DNA of 64,000 nt, taken from the NCBI RefSeq assembly GCF_009914755.1, contig NC_060926.1; one strand, written 5' to 3'. The notes below the pieces were generated by a model. It did not search any database. It worked only from the letters and a program-made list of their open reading frames with translations, and had not been told where the DNA came from. Source of the stretch: the human T2T-CHM13v2.0 reference genome, Homo sapiens. The translations under genes and the position numbers were made by a program. This document shows, piece by piece, positions 27,860 through 41,397 of the stretch (position 1 is its first letter; every line of letters starts with the position of its first letter).

Positions 27860-30779
27860 TCATTCATCAAAACACATTATAATAGCACGTTTTCAAGTAG
27901 GTATTAAGTTTACAAAATGAATATTCCCAGTTTTATTAAATTCGGTGGCCCCCAAGAGTCCTGCAAGTGATGAGACATAATGTGTGCATTCTTTCTTCCT
28001 AATAAATTTAAAATACTATATAGCTAAAAACAATATGCCAAGTAAGATTCAGTGCTTTTAGTTATTAGCGCAGAAAAGTCTTTGCAAGAACAGCATATAC
28101 TTTGTGTAAAACAAAAGATTTTAAAAACCCTGGATTTGTGTGAAGAAACAAATTATCTATTAACTGAAGTCAAGAATTTTTGTTTTGTTTTGGTTTGCTA
28201 TTTTAGATATTTTAGGTTGAGGCAATCATTATAAAAGCAAAATAATTATGCAAATGTCATCACCACATTTTGTTACGGGGATATTTGAACATCTCTTTCA
28301 ATCACTAGCCATTAATCCATTCCAAGCATCAAAAAACGAGAAAAATTTTAAAAGTTGCTCTTCAATTACAATATTCTTTCCTTTTTCAATATAGGGCAAC
28401 TTTTCCTCATTTTTATATAATTCTAGCTAAGGTAACACCAAATATAAAAACTCTGCGGTGTAATTCCATAGAGAGATCAGAAATGTTAACTTGGAGAATG
28501 GCACTGCAGAGGTTCTAAGAGGATTGGGTAAAATATCCTTAGCATTTTCTACATTTCAGACAGATAGAAAACTTTTTCAAGATCTCCTGTCTCCTGGGTA
28601 ATGTGTGAGCATAACATTTTCTTACATTTTCTATTAATTTTGTGCCTCCCCTTCCACTTTAAATTATTTATTTTTGGACTGAAACTTTTTGACAGCTGTT
28701 GACTCAGCTAAGAAACCTCCGAATAGAATTGTTTTCATCCATAGTTAGCCATTACAATGACACTTTACCTTTTATTGGGTTTTCTAATCAAAAGGTAAAC
28801 TTCAGAATCAAGTCAGTGTATAAGGAATCCAAAAAGCTCAATGATACCATGATGTCTAAAGCTCAAAGATCCCCTATGGGTAGTTTGCTGACAGTATCAC
28901 TTTGCAAGTTTGTCCTTGTATCTCAAAGTCTGATATAGTGTGCCTGAACCAAGGTCAGGTGCATTAGCTTGTAAAATAATATACAGTAAAAAAGATGATT
29001 TTCTACTATCTGTTTATGGAGGACATCAATTAAAATGATATAGATGTGCCTTTGATGGAGTCAGACCTTGGAGTCTGGCAAATTTCCTTGGCAAGATCTG
29101 ACCATTTTATTCAGTAAAGGCCTGGCAATGAATAAAAGATGTTTGTTTGTTTGTTTTTTTTCCACAGTATTTAAGTAGCTAAATTTTTCCTTCCATGCTA
29201 AGGTTCTGATTAAGTTACCTCCTAGTAATATTAGTTTTGATTTCCAAAATAATGTCGAACATTATTTTCCATTTCCGTTAGGCTAGCCAACCTTTTGGGT
29301 TAGACAAAAGATTCTCTAGCTGCTTTTACCAGGTGCACGCATAAATTAACTCATCCTCACGAAAAGTCACTCTTTAACCATATGCTAACAATAAAGTTAG
29401 CCAATTTGTTATGTGTGTGTCTGGGAGATTGTAGAACTAAGAAGCATTAGAATGAATTAAGATAACATCAAGAACAATGAAAAATCCTTACCATTCAATT
29501 TCTTAAGAAAAGTAACTGCTGATACTGTTCTTTGGGCAAACTCTGTCTTAAGTCTGCAGATTATACACACACACAGACCCACATTTCTTCTGTGGACAGT
29601 TATATTGCCAAGAGAATACACATCAAATAGAGGACATATTTGAGTTGTTATTTTGTTTTGCAATTGCAGCTGTTTTCGTTCAGTTCGTCTTTCTGTCTTT
29701 ATCAAGATACTTCTTAAATCACATTTCCTTGGGGATAACTGGATCTGCCATCCTTGGTCATCAACGTTTCAACCCATCTGTTAACAGTTCCTATTATAGT
29801 TGTAGTAAAATAGCATGCACAGGCTGGCTTGAAGTGTATGGATCTGAAAATGTTTGACTTTGTGACCAAGTATTTAAGCCTTACTTGATTCCAAAGTGTA
29901 AAGAGCCTTCAAATGATTTTCTGTAATGGATTTTTAATGCCACCCTCCTTTTCCATGCCCCTGTCTCAGCTGTGATCTGGGTTGTTGAAAGTTGTTTGAG
30001 AAACCATGAAATAAACTTGGTTTGGGAATAAGAAAACATTCGCTTTAATCCTACCTGCCCTTTTTGAAAAACACTTTGAGAAAGCCAGTTACCTCTTCAG
30101 AATGAATTACAAATTTAGAAGTACCAAAGTGAAAAAAAAAAAAACAAAGCAGAAAACAAGCACTAATTCTGGATTATAGACTTCAGGTCCAGTAGGTATT
30201 CCCACTTCATACATTTGCAATGTTTGCAAATTACCTTGGGTACTTTGATTAACCACCCAACTACTGTTTTTTCCCTTGTTACATGGTAAGAAAAAACCCT
30301 CCTGTAAAGGTGATGGGGAGGGTAACATATGCTAACCTTGAGGTTATGCAGCATAACCTAGACCTTTGCACAAGCAGATGTCAGAGGCAACCCTCCTCCC
30401 AGAAAAAAAAAGTTTCTTATTTTCTCACTAATGAAGAGAGTAAAGAAAAGGTAATTTGTAATTTGTTATTTCAAGTAAAGAAAAGGAAATTTGTAGGGGG
30501 GAAAAAAAAACTAAATAACAATTTGCAGCCTGGGGCTAATTATTTCCTGAGAATAATTAAAAGTAAGTTTGTATCCCCTAAAATATTTCAATGGAAGATG
30601 CTGTTATAGTTTTAGTAAAATCCAAGGGAAAAATGGAGTTCAAAGTCCACCATTCACGGCTGAGCCTTCCCACTCATCATCACTACTACATCAAGCAACG
30701 GAAAAGTAGATTTTATAACACTCTGTCACCATCATGAGACTCAAAGTGAGACAAGGAAATAGTGTTTACATAGCCCACA

Positions 30780-31376
30780 ATAAAATAAATACACACTTGT
30801 AATGGAAAGCCTTAACCACAAATGAAATAGCAAGAAAACACAATTTGGCTATGTGAAATACAAGAGCCAAAAAAAAAAAAAAAATGTGTCAAGAAAGAGA
30901 GATCTGCAGAGACAAACATAGAAAAAAAATCAAGGAACTTAAAATCCATGTTAGATGGAAACAATAAAGGAAACAGTTTTAAAATGAGATATAGAGCAAA
31001 TAAAAATAGAGAATTTCAGGCAGAAAGTAAAACAGGAATTGTGCCTACAGAAATACAAATTTCAGGTAAAATGTAGAGCAGATTTATTCTTGTCACATTA
31101 AGAAAAATAAATGGAAAACCATGAATCATCATATATTCCTGAAAAGCCTAAATCATGGCAAAGAAATGCCCAGATAACTAAAGAGAATTGGCTAGAGTTG
31201 GAAAAGATAATTAAGGGAAGATTAAAGACATTAGTACATCTATTAAACAAGACCAATATAATTTCTAAAAGGAGAAACAAAACAAAAAGATATCATTATT
31301 AGTTAGAAATATGATTTCCAATTTTTAAAAGCAATAAATCATTAGAAAATGAAGAAAAGTCTGAAAGTAAAGAAAA
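30780..31376 (+). mobile_element. Old L1 ORF1/HAL1-like remnant (continues at ~35281-35512 and ~36658-36780)
   Basis: Very A-rich ORF1-like sequence. The pieces after the L1 inserts read like ORF1 motifs (agagtctaatgttgaactactaggagttctagaaag; gatatcagtcttttca). Confidence 0.5.
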
Positions 31377-31384
31377 AAACAGAA

Positions 31385-34300
31385 TTTTTTTAAACTTTTT
31401 TTTTACTTTCTGGGGCACAAGTGCAGGTTGGTTACATATGTAAACTTGTTATACAGATTATTTCATTACCCAGATAGTAAGCCTAGTACCCGTCGGAGTT
31501 ATTTTTCCTGATCCTCTCCCTTCTCACATCCTCCATCCTCCAAAAGGTCCCAGTGTGTGTTGTTTTCCTCTATGTGTTCATGTGTTCTCATCATTTAGCT
31601 GCCACGTATAAGTGAGAACATGCGGTATTTGGTTCTCTGTTCCTGTGTTGGTTTGCTAAGGATAATGGCCTTCAGCTCCATCCGTGTGCCTGCAACAGAC
31701 ATGATCTCAATCTTTTTATGGCATCATGATATTCCATAGTGTACATGTACCACATTTTCTTTATCCAGTCAATCACTGAAGAGCATTTAGGTTGATTCCA
31801 TGCCTTTGCTATTGTGAACAGTGCTGCAGTGTACATTTGCACACATGCGTCTTTCTCACAGCATGGTTTATATTCCTTTGGGTATGTACCAGTAATAGGA
31901 TTGCTGGGTTGAATGGTAATTCTGTCTTTAGATCATTGAGGAATTGCCACACTGTCTTCCACAATGGCTTGACCAATTTACACTCCCACCAACAGTATAA
32001 AAGCATCTCTTTTTCTCCACAACCTCACCAGCATCTGCTGTTTTTTGACTTTTTAATAACAGTCATTCTGACTGGTGTTAGATGGTATCTCATTGGGGTT
32101 TTGATTTCCATTTCTCTAATGATCAGTTATGTTGAGCTTTTTTCCATATGATTGTTGGCCGCATGCTTGTCTGCTTCTGAAAAGTCAGTTCATGTTCTTT
32201 GCCTATTTTTAACGGGATTGTTTGCTTTTTTCTTGTAAATTTGTTTAAGTTCCTTAGAGATACTGGATATTAGACCTTTGTTGGATGCAGAGTTTGCAAA
32301 AATTTTCTGTACGTTGTCTGTTTAATCTGTTGATAGTTCATTTTTCAGTGCAGAAGCTATTTATTTATTTAGACAGGGTCTCACTCTGTTGCCCAGGCTG
32401 GAGTGCAAAGGTGCAATCTTAGCTCACTGCAACCTCCACCTCAGGGGCACAAGTGGATCCTCCCACCTCAGTCTCCCAAGTAGGTGGGACTACAGTTGCA
32501 TACCATCATGCCTGGCTAATTTTTGTATTTTTTGTAGAGACAGGGTTTCACCATGTTGCCCAGGCTGGTCTCAAACTGCTGAGCTCACATGATTTTCCTG
32601 CCTCAACTTCCAAAAGTGCTGAGATAACAGGCATGAGCCACTATGCTGGCCTAGAATTTTTAGTTTAATTAAGTCCCATTTGTCAATTTTTGCTATTGTT
32701 GCAATTTCTTTTAATGTCTTTCTCATGAAATCTCTGCTTGTGCCTATGTTATGAATGGTATTAACTAGGTTGTCTTCCAGGGTTTTTATAGTTTTGTGTT
32801 TTACATTTAAGTCTTTAATCTACCTTGAGTTGATTTTTGTATATGGGGTAAGGAAGGAGTCCAGTTTCAATCTTCTGCATATAGCTAGCCAGTTTTTCCA
32901 GTACCATTTATTGAATAGGGAATCCTTTCTCCATTGCTTGTCTTTGCCGGGTTTGTTGAAGAACCTATAGTTGTAGATGTGTGGTCTTACCTATGGGTTC
33001 TCTATTCTGTTCCATTGGTCTATGTGTCTGTTTTTGTACCAGTACCATGCTCTTTTGGTTAGTGTAGCTCTGTAGCATAGTGTGAAGTTGAGTAGCATGA
33101 TACCTCCAGCTTTGTTGTTTTTGCTTAGGATTGCCTTGGCTATTCAGTCTCTTTTATGGTTCCATATGAATTTTAAAAGAGTTTTCTCTAGTTCTGTGAA
33201 GAATTTCATTGGTAGTTCAATAGGAATAGCATTGAAACTATAAATTGCTTTAGGCAGAATGGACATTTTAACAATATTTATTTTTCCTATCCATGACCAT
33301 GGAATGTTTTTCCATATGTTTGTGTCATCTCTGATGTCTTTGAGCAGTGGCTTGCAGTTCTCCTTGTAGAGATCTTTCACCTCCCTAGTTAGCTGTATTC
33401 CTAGGTATTTTATTATTTTTTTTCTGACAATTATAAACACAGGTTCATTTGTAAGATGGCTCTTGGCTTGACTGCTGTGGTGTGTAGAAATGCTAGTGAT
33501 ATTTGCATATTGATTTTGTACCCTGAGACCTTGCTGAGGTTGTTCATCAGCTTAAGAAGCTTTTTGGCTGAGACTATAGAGTTTTCTAGATACACGATCA
33601 TGTCATCTGCAAACAGGGATGGTTTGACTTCCTCTCTTTCTATTCAGATGAACTTTATTTCTTTTTCTAGCCTGATTTCTCTGGCCAGAACTTCTAATAC
33701 TATGTTGAATAGGAGTGGTGAGAGAGGGTATCCTTGTCTTCTGCTGGTGTTCAAGGTAAATGCTTTCAGCTTGTACCTATTCAGTATGATGTTGTCTATG
33801 GGTTTGTCTTATACAGCTATTATTTTGAGGTATGTTCCTTCATTATCTAGGTTATTGAGAGTTTTTAACATGAATGGATGTTGAATCTTATTAAAAGCCT
33901 TTTCTGCATCTATTTAGATAATCATGTGTTTTTCATCTTTAGATCTGTTTATGCGATGAAACCCATTTATTGATTTGTGTGTGTTGAACAAACCTTGCAT
34001 CCCAGAGATGAAGCCTACCTGATGGTGGTGAATAAGCTTTTTAGTGTGCTGCTGGATTTGGATTTCCAGTATTTTGTTGAGGATTTTTGTATCAATGTTC
34101 ATCAAAGTTATTGATCTGAAGTTTTGTTTTTTTGTTGTTGTATCTCTGCCAGGTTTTGGTTTCAGGATGATGCTGGCCTCATAAAATGAGACTTTAACAC
34201 CCCACTGAAAATATTAGATCATTGAGACAGAAAATTAATGAAGATATTCAGGATCTAAACTCAGCATGAAATCAAATGGCCCTGATAGCTATCTATAGAA

Positions 34301-35272
34301 CTCACCACCCAAAAACAAGAGATAAACATTTGTCTCATTGCCACATGGCACATACATTATAATCGATCACAAAACTAGATATGAAGCACTCCTCAGCAAA
34401 TGCAAAATAACTGAAATTATAACAAACAGTTTTTCGGATCTCAGGGCAATCAAATTCTAAGTCAAAACTTAGAAATTCACTCAAAACCATATAATTACAT
34501 GGAAACTGAATAACCTCTCTCTGGTAAATAATGAAATTAAGGCAGAAATCAAGAAGTTATTTGAAACTAATGAGAACAACGATACAATGTACCAGAATCT
34601 CTGGGATATAGCTAAGTCAGTGTTAAGAGGGAAATTAATAGAACTAAAAGCCCACATCAAAAAGTTAGAATGCTTTCAAGTTAACAACCTAACATCAAAA
34701 CTAAAAGAACTAGACAATCAAGGGCAAACCAATCTCAAAGCTAGTGGAAGATAAGAAATAACCAAAATCAGAGCTGAACCCGAAAGAGATAGAAACATGA
34801 AACAACCTTCAAAACAGTCTATGAATCCAGTAGTTGGTTTTTCTGAAAAAATTAATAAAATAGACCACTAGCTAGACTAATAAAGAAAAAAGAAGATTCA
34901 AGCAAACACAGTCAGAAACGACAAGAGAGATGTTATCACTGACCCCACAGAAATACAAACAACAATCAGAAAATACTATAAACACCTCTGTGCACATAAA
35001 CAATAAAATCCAGAAGAAATGAATAAATTACTGAACATATAGACCCTCCCAAGACTGAACCAGGAAGAAATTGAATCCCTGAACAGACCAATAATGAGTT
35101 CTGAAATTGAGGCAGTAATAAATAACCTAGCAACCAAAAAAACGCTGAAGACCAGACAGATTCACAACTGAATTCTACCAGATGTACAAAGAAGAGCTAG
35201 TACCATTCCTACTGAAACTATTCCAAAAAATTGAGGAGAAACGATTCCTCCCTAACTCATTCTATGAGGCCC
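31385..35272 (-). mobile_element. L1PA13-like element with 5' inversion (twin priming)
   Basis: Antisense 3' UTR and ORF2 at 31385-34190, then sense ORF2 at 34188-35272. Candidate 8-bp TSD aaacagaa at 31377-31384 and 35273-35280. Confidence 0.9.
32360..32651 (-). mobile_element. AluJ nested in L1
   Basis: agacagggtctcactctgttgcccagg...gatcctcccacctcag...ggcatgagccactatgctggcc; L1 sequence continues on both sides. Confidence 0.9.
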
Positions 35273-35524
35273 AAACAGAAAAAAATCTTAATTAAAAGAG
35301 AAAAAATATAGAGAAACATTATAGAGTCTAATGTTGAACTACTAGGAGTTCTAGAAAGAACAGAGAAAACAAAGTAGAAATGATTTCTTTAGAAATAAGA
35401 GAAATAATACAAGGAAATTTACTTAGATGATGAGAGAAACAAATATTTACAAAAAAGAATAGCTCTGGAAGAATAAAACACCAAGCTTAAAAAGAAGATA
35501 ATAAAAACATTTAAAGAATGAAGT

Positions 35525-36645
35525 CTAGATCCTTGAAGCATCACCATACTATCTTCCACAATGGTTGAAGTAATTTACCTTCCCACAAACAGTTTAAAAA
35601 TGTTCCTATTCTCCACAGCCTCACCAGCATCTATTGTTTCTTGACTTTTGATAATCACCATTCTGACTGGCATAAGATGGTATCTCATTGGGTTTTTATT
35701 TGCATTTCTCTAATGATCACTGATGTCAAGCTGTTTTAAATACATTTGTTGGCTGCGTAAATATCTCCTTTTTTTTTATTATACTTTAAGTTCTGGGATA
35801 CATGTGCAGAACGTGCAGGTTTGTTACATAGGTATACACTTGCGATGGTGGTTTGCTGCACCCATCAACCCGTCATCTACATTAGGTATTTCTCCTAATG
35901 TCTTCTTTTGAGAAGTGCCTGTTTATATCTTTTGCCCACTTCTTGATGGGGTTGTTTTTTTTCTTGTAAATTTGTTTAAGTTCCTTGTAAATTCTGGATA
36001 TTAGACCTTAGTCAGATGGGTAGATTGCAAAAATTTTCTCCCATTCTGTAGGTTGCCTGTTCACTCTGATCATAGTTTCTTTTGCTGTGCAGAAGCTCTT
36101 TAGTTAGAGATACAATTCGACCCAGAAATCCCATTACTGTGCAATACCCAAAGGAATATAAATCATTCTACTAAAAAGACACATGCACATGTATGTTTAT
36201 TGCAGCACTATTTGCAATAGCGCAGTCATGGAACTAACCCAAATGTCTGTAAATGATAGACTAGATAAAGAAAATATGGTACATACACATCATGAAATAC
36301 AATGCAGCCATAAAAAAGGAATAAGATCATGTCCTTTGAAGGGACATGGATGAAGCTGGAAGCCATCATCCTCAGCAAACTAATGCAGGAAGAGAAAACC
36401 AAACACTGCATGTTTTCACTCATAAGTGGGAGTTGAACAATGAGAACACATGGACACAGGGAGGGGAATAACACATACTAGGGCCTGTTGTAGGGTGGAG
36501 GGTGATGGGAGGGATCTTAGAAGATGGGTAAATAGGTGCAGCAAACCACCATGGCACATGTATACCTATGTAACAAACCTGGATGTTCTGCACATGTATC
36601 CTGGAACTTAAAGTTAAAAAAAAAAAGGCTCTAAAAACACACAAA
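35525..36645 (+). mobile_element. L1PA8/10-like truncated element with 5' inversion
   Basis: Antisense L1 at 35525-36105, then sense L1 3' end at 36108-36626 with polyA. 12-bp TSD aaagaatgaagt at 35513-35524 and 36646-36657. Confidence 0.9.
35769..35900 (-). mobile_element. L1PA7-like 3' tip (~130 bp) nested in L1
   Basis: ttattatactttaagttctgggatacatgtgcagaacgtgcagg...ggtatttctcctaatg; degenerate TSD aatatctcctttt / aatgtcttctttt. Confidence 0.88.
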
Positions 36646-38739
36646 AAAGAATGAAGTGAAAAAGTCAAATGAAAGAAGAATCTAATTGATATCAGTCTTT
36701 TCATTATTAATGTTGGATTTAAAAAGAAAGGGTGAGACTTTCAAGTTTCTGAATGAGAGAAAGACCTTTTTTTAGCTTTTTAGCAGGAAAGGCACTCCAG
36801 AAAATGGAAATGGATGTTTAACAATGTAAATATAAGTGAAGAAAGTGTTCTCAAGAAAGATCAGCAAACTAGTGCTGACATTTTACAAATTTCTAAATTA
36901 TGTGAGATTTTATTGCAGAGAGAAAATAATTTTAGAGCTATTACAAAGTTTTCCTACCATAATATAATTTTAGTGTCCTAATTAACATTTTGAGGATATG
37001 CTCATAAGTGGGACTTTGGAGAACTTTCACGTATTGCCTGAAAATAAAAACTATCCTTCTCTTTTTTTCTCCTCAGATAATACCATATCTAGGCTATACA
37101 TTGACGAGTAAGATAATTTTGGGTCTGTATTATATTAAGTATTGATTCTCAAGCATAACTTTGGTTTGATGATGATGCTATGGTATAAGGTTGTATAGAA
37201 TGTTAACTTCTGAGGTATTCATGTTCATTGCTAAGGATTTGCTTGTGTTTTCTAAATTAAGGGTTGTGAGGTGACAAATGTGACTTTTCTAGGCATTACT
37301 ATGATATTCTAGAACTTTGGAACGTCATGATGCAGAAGATAATCTGGTTCAGAGAAAAAAATACAATAAAGAAATTTTATCAGTTTTCTTTGAAGAAAGA
37401 CCCCTATAAAGATCTCTTCCTGGAAATAAAATGGTAAAGAGACAGATAAAGAAACAGACAAAAAGGAAGAACAAGAGGACAAGGGAAGCTGTTTTGCTTT
37501 TTTATAATATAAAGCATAATAGCTCTTTGAGAAAATAAATGGCAGATTTATTTTCAGGAAAGAAATATTTTCTGTGGAATCAGCATGCTTGCTTTGAAAG
37601 GATGATAAAAAACTTGAAAAAAAAGTCAGTGATATTGTAGTGTGCGCACATATAGCACAGTAAGTTAGTGTTCATTCTAAACTAGCAAGGTGGGAAATTG
37701 AAAAAAGAATGAAGCAGTTGGTGTACTGATCTACTGTACAGTGTGGCTTTGGATTAAAATGAATTGAGGTAATAATCAACCCTGGTATCTTTCAGATTTC
37801 TGATGGAAAAATCAAAGAGTCTCCAAAATGGCCTTGAGAGACTGCATTTTCCATTTTATTGACTCCAAGTGGATGTATGGGAAGTTGACCCATGAAATCA
37901 TTGGTAGACCAAGAGATTACCAAAATATATTAGGTAAACTCTGACCCTGGGTAACAAACATATTGTTTTATTAAAAAAAAAAAAGAATTGAAACACATAT
38001 ATTCTACTCTCCCATGTTCACCTTCAGGAAAAACCTGAACTGTCTAATCTCTCCTCAGTGCTGTATCTCAGTGATGTCACATAAACCAGTGGCTAAGTGG
38101 GGGTAGAATTTATGTATTCTGTATTCCAGGTTGATCTCAAATTCTTTCTAGATCAAATATATAGGTTACAAAGACTTTCCTTATCTAGTACTAACACTAC
38201 TAATTGGTAAATCTAACCTCATTAAGAATTAGCCAGAGTAAGACTTTTCCCCCTTTCCAACCACGAAGCTTTCGTTGGGGATAAGTCATTCAAGGTCTAA
38301 AGAAACCTGCCCCATTTAAATTATTTCTCATATACCCTCACTGTCATTCCTTTCCCTCTTCAGCTTGACATTGTTATTGGAATTGTGCTAAGGTCCCATT
38401 TCCTTACCTCCCACATTGTTGTATACATTACAGGAAGTATCCTCTAGTCTTGTCTCAACTGTTACATGTCCTGCTAAAATTATTTCAAGGATAGAGTGTA
38501 AATGTCACCTTTCCCTAGTTTCCAGGCTCTAATTTTTGATAGTGAGACCTTTAATATTTTTGTTTTGTTTTTTATCATAACTTGAATAGCAAAGCAATCT
38601 TTAAAATTAAACTCACTATTGGCCAACACTGGAATATTCTAAAGCAATGTGAGAGTAACTTCCAAAGCTGAGAACTGAGGGATTTTTCCAACACAGTCTT
38701 CAGTTTTAGGAGTTATTCTAAATCCCTCACCTGAAATGA

Positions 38740-38870
38740 GAATATTCCTTATTCTGCTATTAAGTAGAATTTAGGCAAATTTAGAAAATTTTTTCTGGGC
38801 CTCCATTTTCTCATCAATAAAATAAATGTGCTCAGCTAGGTAATTTGCAAGGATACTTACAACTCTAATA
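38740..38870 (+). mobile_element. MIR/MIR3 remnant
   Basis: ttaggcaaattt...tctgggcctccattttctcatcaataaaat...aactctaa. Confidence 0.55.
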
Positions 38871-39599
38871 TAATATGTCTATATTGAAATGTCCCGTATC
38901 TGTTCAATGGAATAAGCCATAAGAATGGCTCATTGTCAAATAGCCTGAGAAACACAGAATTTTCCTACTCATCCTGGAAGTTCAAATTGTACTTTAGAAT
39001 AGAAAAACTTTGAGAATTACAAAAGAAATCTGCCTTTCTTTAACTTCTTGATTCCTGGAACTATTTAAGTATATGTAATGTACACTAACATGAACAGAAC
39101 ACATTTTAGAAAGCATAAATCCTTAGATTGCAATTGAAAAATCTTCTCTGCCTATTTCTTACACCTTGACTCTCACACACACAAAAGCTAATGTGCATTT
39201 TTATTGAATTTAAGAATTGTCTTGAAAATGAGTTAATTATTACTTTCAATGGTCATAATTAGGCAGCACATGCCATAAATGAAATGGAGAATAATGTTAC
39301 TTTGTCTCTCCAGGTAGCAGTGGTTTATCAGAGACTTCAACAAAAAGCAAAAATAATAGATAAAAGTATGACTAGAGTGGACTTTGGTAGAAATAGAAAT
39401 TTGACTGTTTATATTGCTTACATTTATCTGCATAGTCACACTAACATTATTAAGTTTATAATTATTCACGATTATGTGTAATACACATATTTATTTGTAT
39501 TACAAATTACAATTACACAACAAGTGTAAGAATACAAGATCCAATTTCTAATTCACTGTTCTTAAAAGCAATATAGGTTTCTAATTCAACCGATCTTCT

Positions 39600-39750
39600 G
39601 TAAACCAGAGTCTGGGTTGAAGATTACTATCAAGAAACAGTTATACTTTGCAAAATATTCATACCTTTGCTGGCAGACTTAATTCCTCATCTGATAACAC
39701 ATTAGGGGCTGACCTTGGTCCCATTGAAAGTAGTACTTATGATAAATGAT
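39600..39750 (+). mobile_element. MIR remnant
   Basis: cagagtctgggttgaa...cttaattcctcatctgataa. Confidence 0.4.
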
Positions 39751-41149
39751 AAAATTAGACTGAATTCACAGTTACTGGGAAATACTGGAAGACGTGAAAC
39801 CAAGATATCTACATATGACATATGTCTCACCATGCATAATCATGAAAGTCATTTTTTAAACTATAACAAACAGCGTAGTTTGCAAATTCCTCAGGACCTC
39901 ATTTTGAATATCTGCCTACCATTTTAGACTAGTCCTCTCAACATATAATACAGAAATAACTTTCTGTGATATGAATCATAAGAAAAGAGAAAGTTCTTCA
40001 AAAATGAGAAATTTCTCACCTTTTACTTTGTAAAATAATAAGTGTGCAGATTCAACTACCTATGATTTGGATATCCTGGAGGAATTTTCACCAAAAATAT
40101 CTAGGTTTGCACTGCATGCAAGAAAAATGTTAACAGAACCTCCATTTGGGGGATGAAATGAATTGTTAGAAGACAACACTGTAAGATTTTTTAAGAAGGC
40201 ATATAGTATAGATAAAGGATATTGCATGTCCTCATAATAATCAATGGGGGTCTCTCTCCTACAAGTAGTTCTGTATCTCCCACTCCCAATATTTCAATAC
40301 TCTGAATCTCACAGCTATTAAGGGAAGCGGGACAATGCTCTCCGTGGTAGGATTTCTCACTATTTTGAAGGAGTAGGGACTTGAAATAAAACGTTGATTC
40401 ATAGAAAATAAAATAATGTGATATTTTCTTTCACACCCACATTTGTAAGTTAAAAAACATTCTTGTCAAAGGCTTTCCTCCCCTTTTTACTCAACATTCT
40501 TTTATATGTAATCTATAAATAGGTTATTACAAACTTTTTGAGTATATTAGGGTTGATGATATTTATCTCTTCGTCATCACTTGCCAAGCAATGATGGACA
40601 ACAATGAACATCATCTTGGCAGCGGATATTTGAAACTGAGTCGAGTAACTTGAAAAACTTGAAGAAAGCTTCTTTTGATGAGGGTACATAGCGTTATGGT
40701 ATATAGCGGGGGAGTTTTTGGTGTAAGTATGCATATATAGAAAGAAGCGTGTAGGAATGTTTGGCAGTCATAAGAATAATGTGGTATATATAAAATATTT
40801 GTCAAGCAATCTGCAACACTTGGGTCTGATGTGACTCATTCCCTTTCACTATCATAATTTTAAGGAGCTGTCAAGCATACAGAGATGCCTGCTACTGCCA
40901 CCACATGGAGAATAGTTAGCTCAACCTGGCCAGCTGGAATACTTGAATCCACTCCACTGATAATTATTTCAAAGATGGGCAAAAAAAAAAAAAAAAAAAA
41001 AAGCATGACCAGAGTTTTACTTGTAATTTTCCACAGAATATCCCAAGATATTCTCTTGAGAATATCTCATCTCATTCCCAAGGAGCTTGGGTATCTCATC
41101 TTTTGAAAATATCTTTATTTTTTACTGTGAGAGATAAAAAGCTAGTGAT

Positions 41150-41397
41150 AACTATATTCCTTATGAAGAAGAGTCTTTCTGAGAATGAATTTGATGTACT
41201 ATGGGAGGAAAAATCAAGAGATAAGAGAAAGAGCCAGAGGAAATGAATCTTTGAGGTCCATATTCAGTTGTATTAGTGTACCTTTTGCCTTTAAAATGGC
41301 ATAGTCAGATAAATGCCCCTTTTCCTTTTTTTGTTTATTTGAAAACTGATTTGAGTTGGCTTTTTATCACTTGAAATCTAAGATACACATTAATATT
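41150..41397 (+). mobile_element. MLT1J/K-like LTR 3' part
   Basis: tctttctgagaatgaa...ataaatgcccctttt...tgatttgagttggctttttatcacttgaaatctaaga. Confidence 0.6.
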
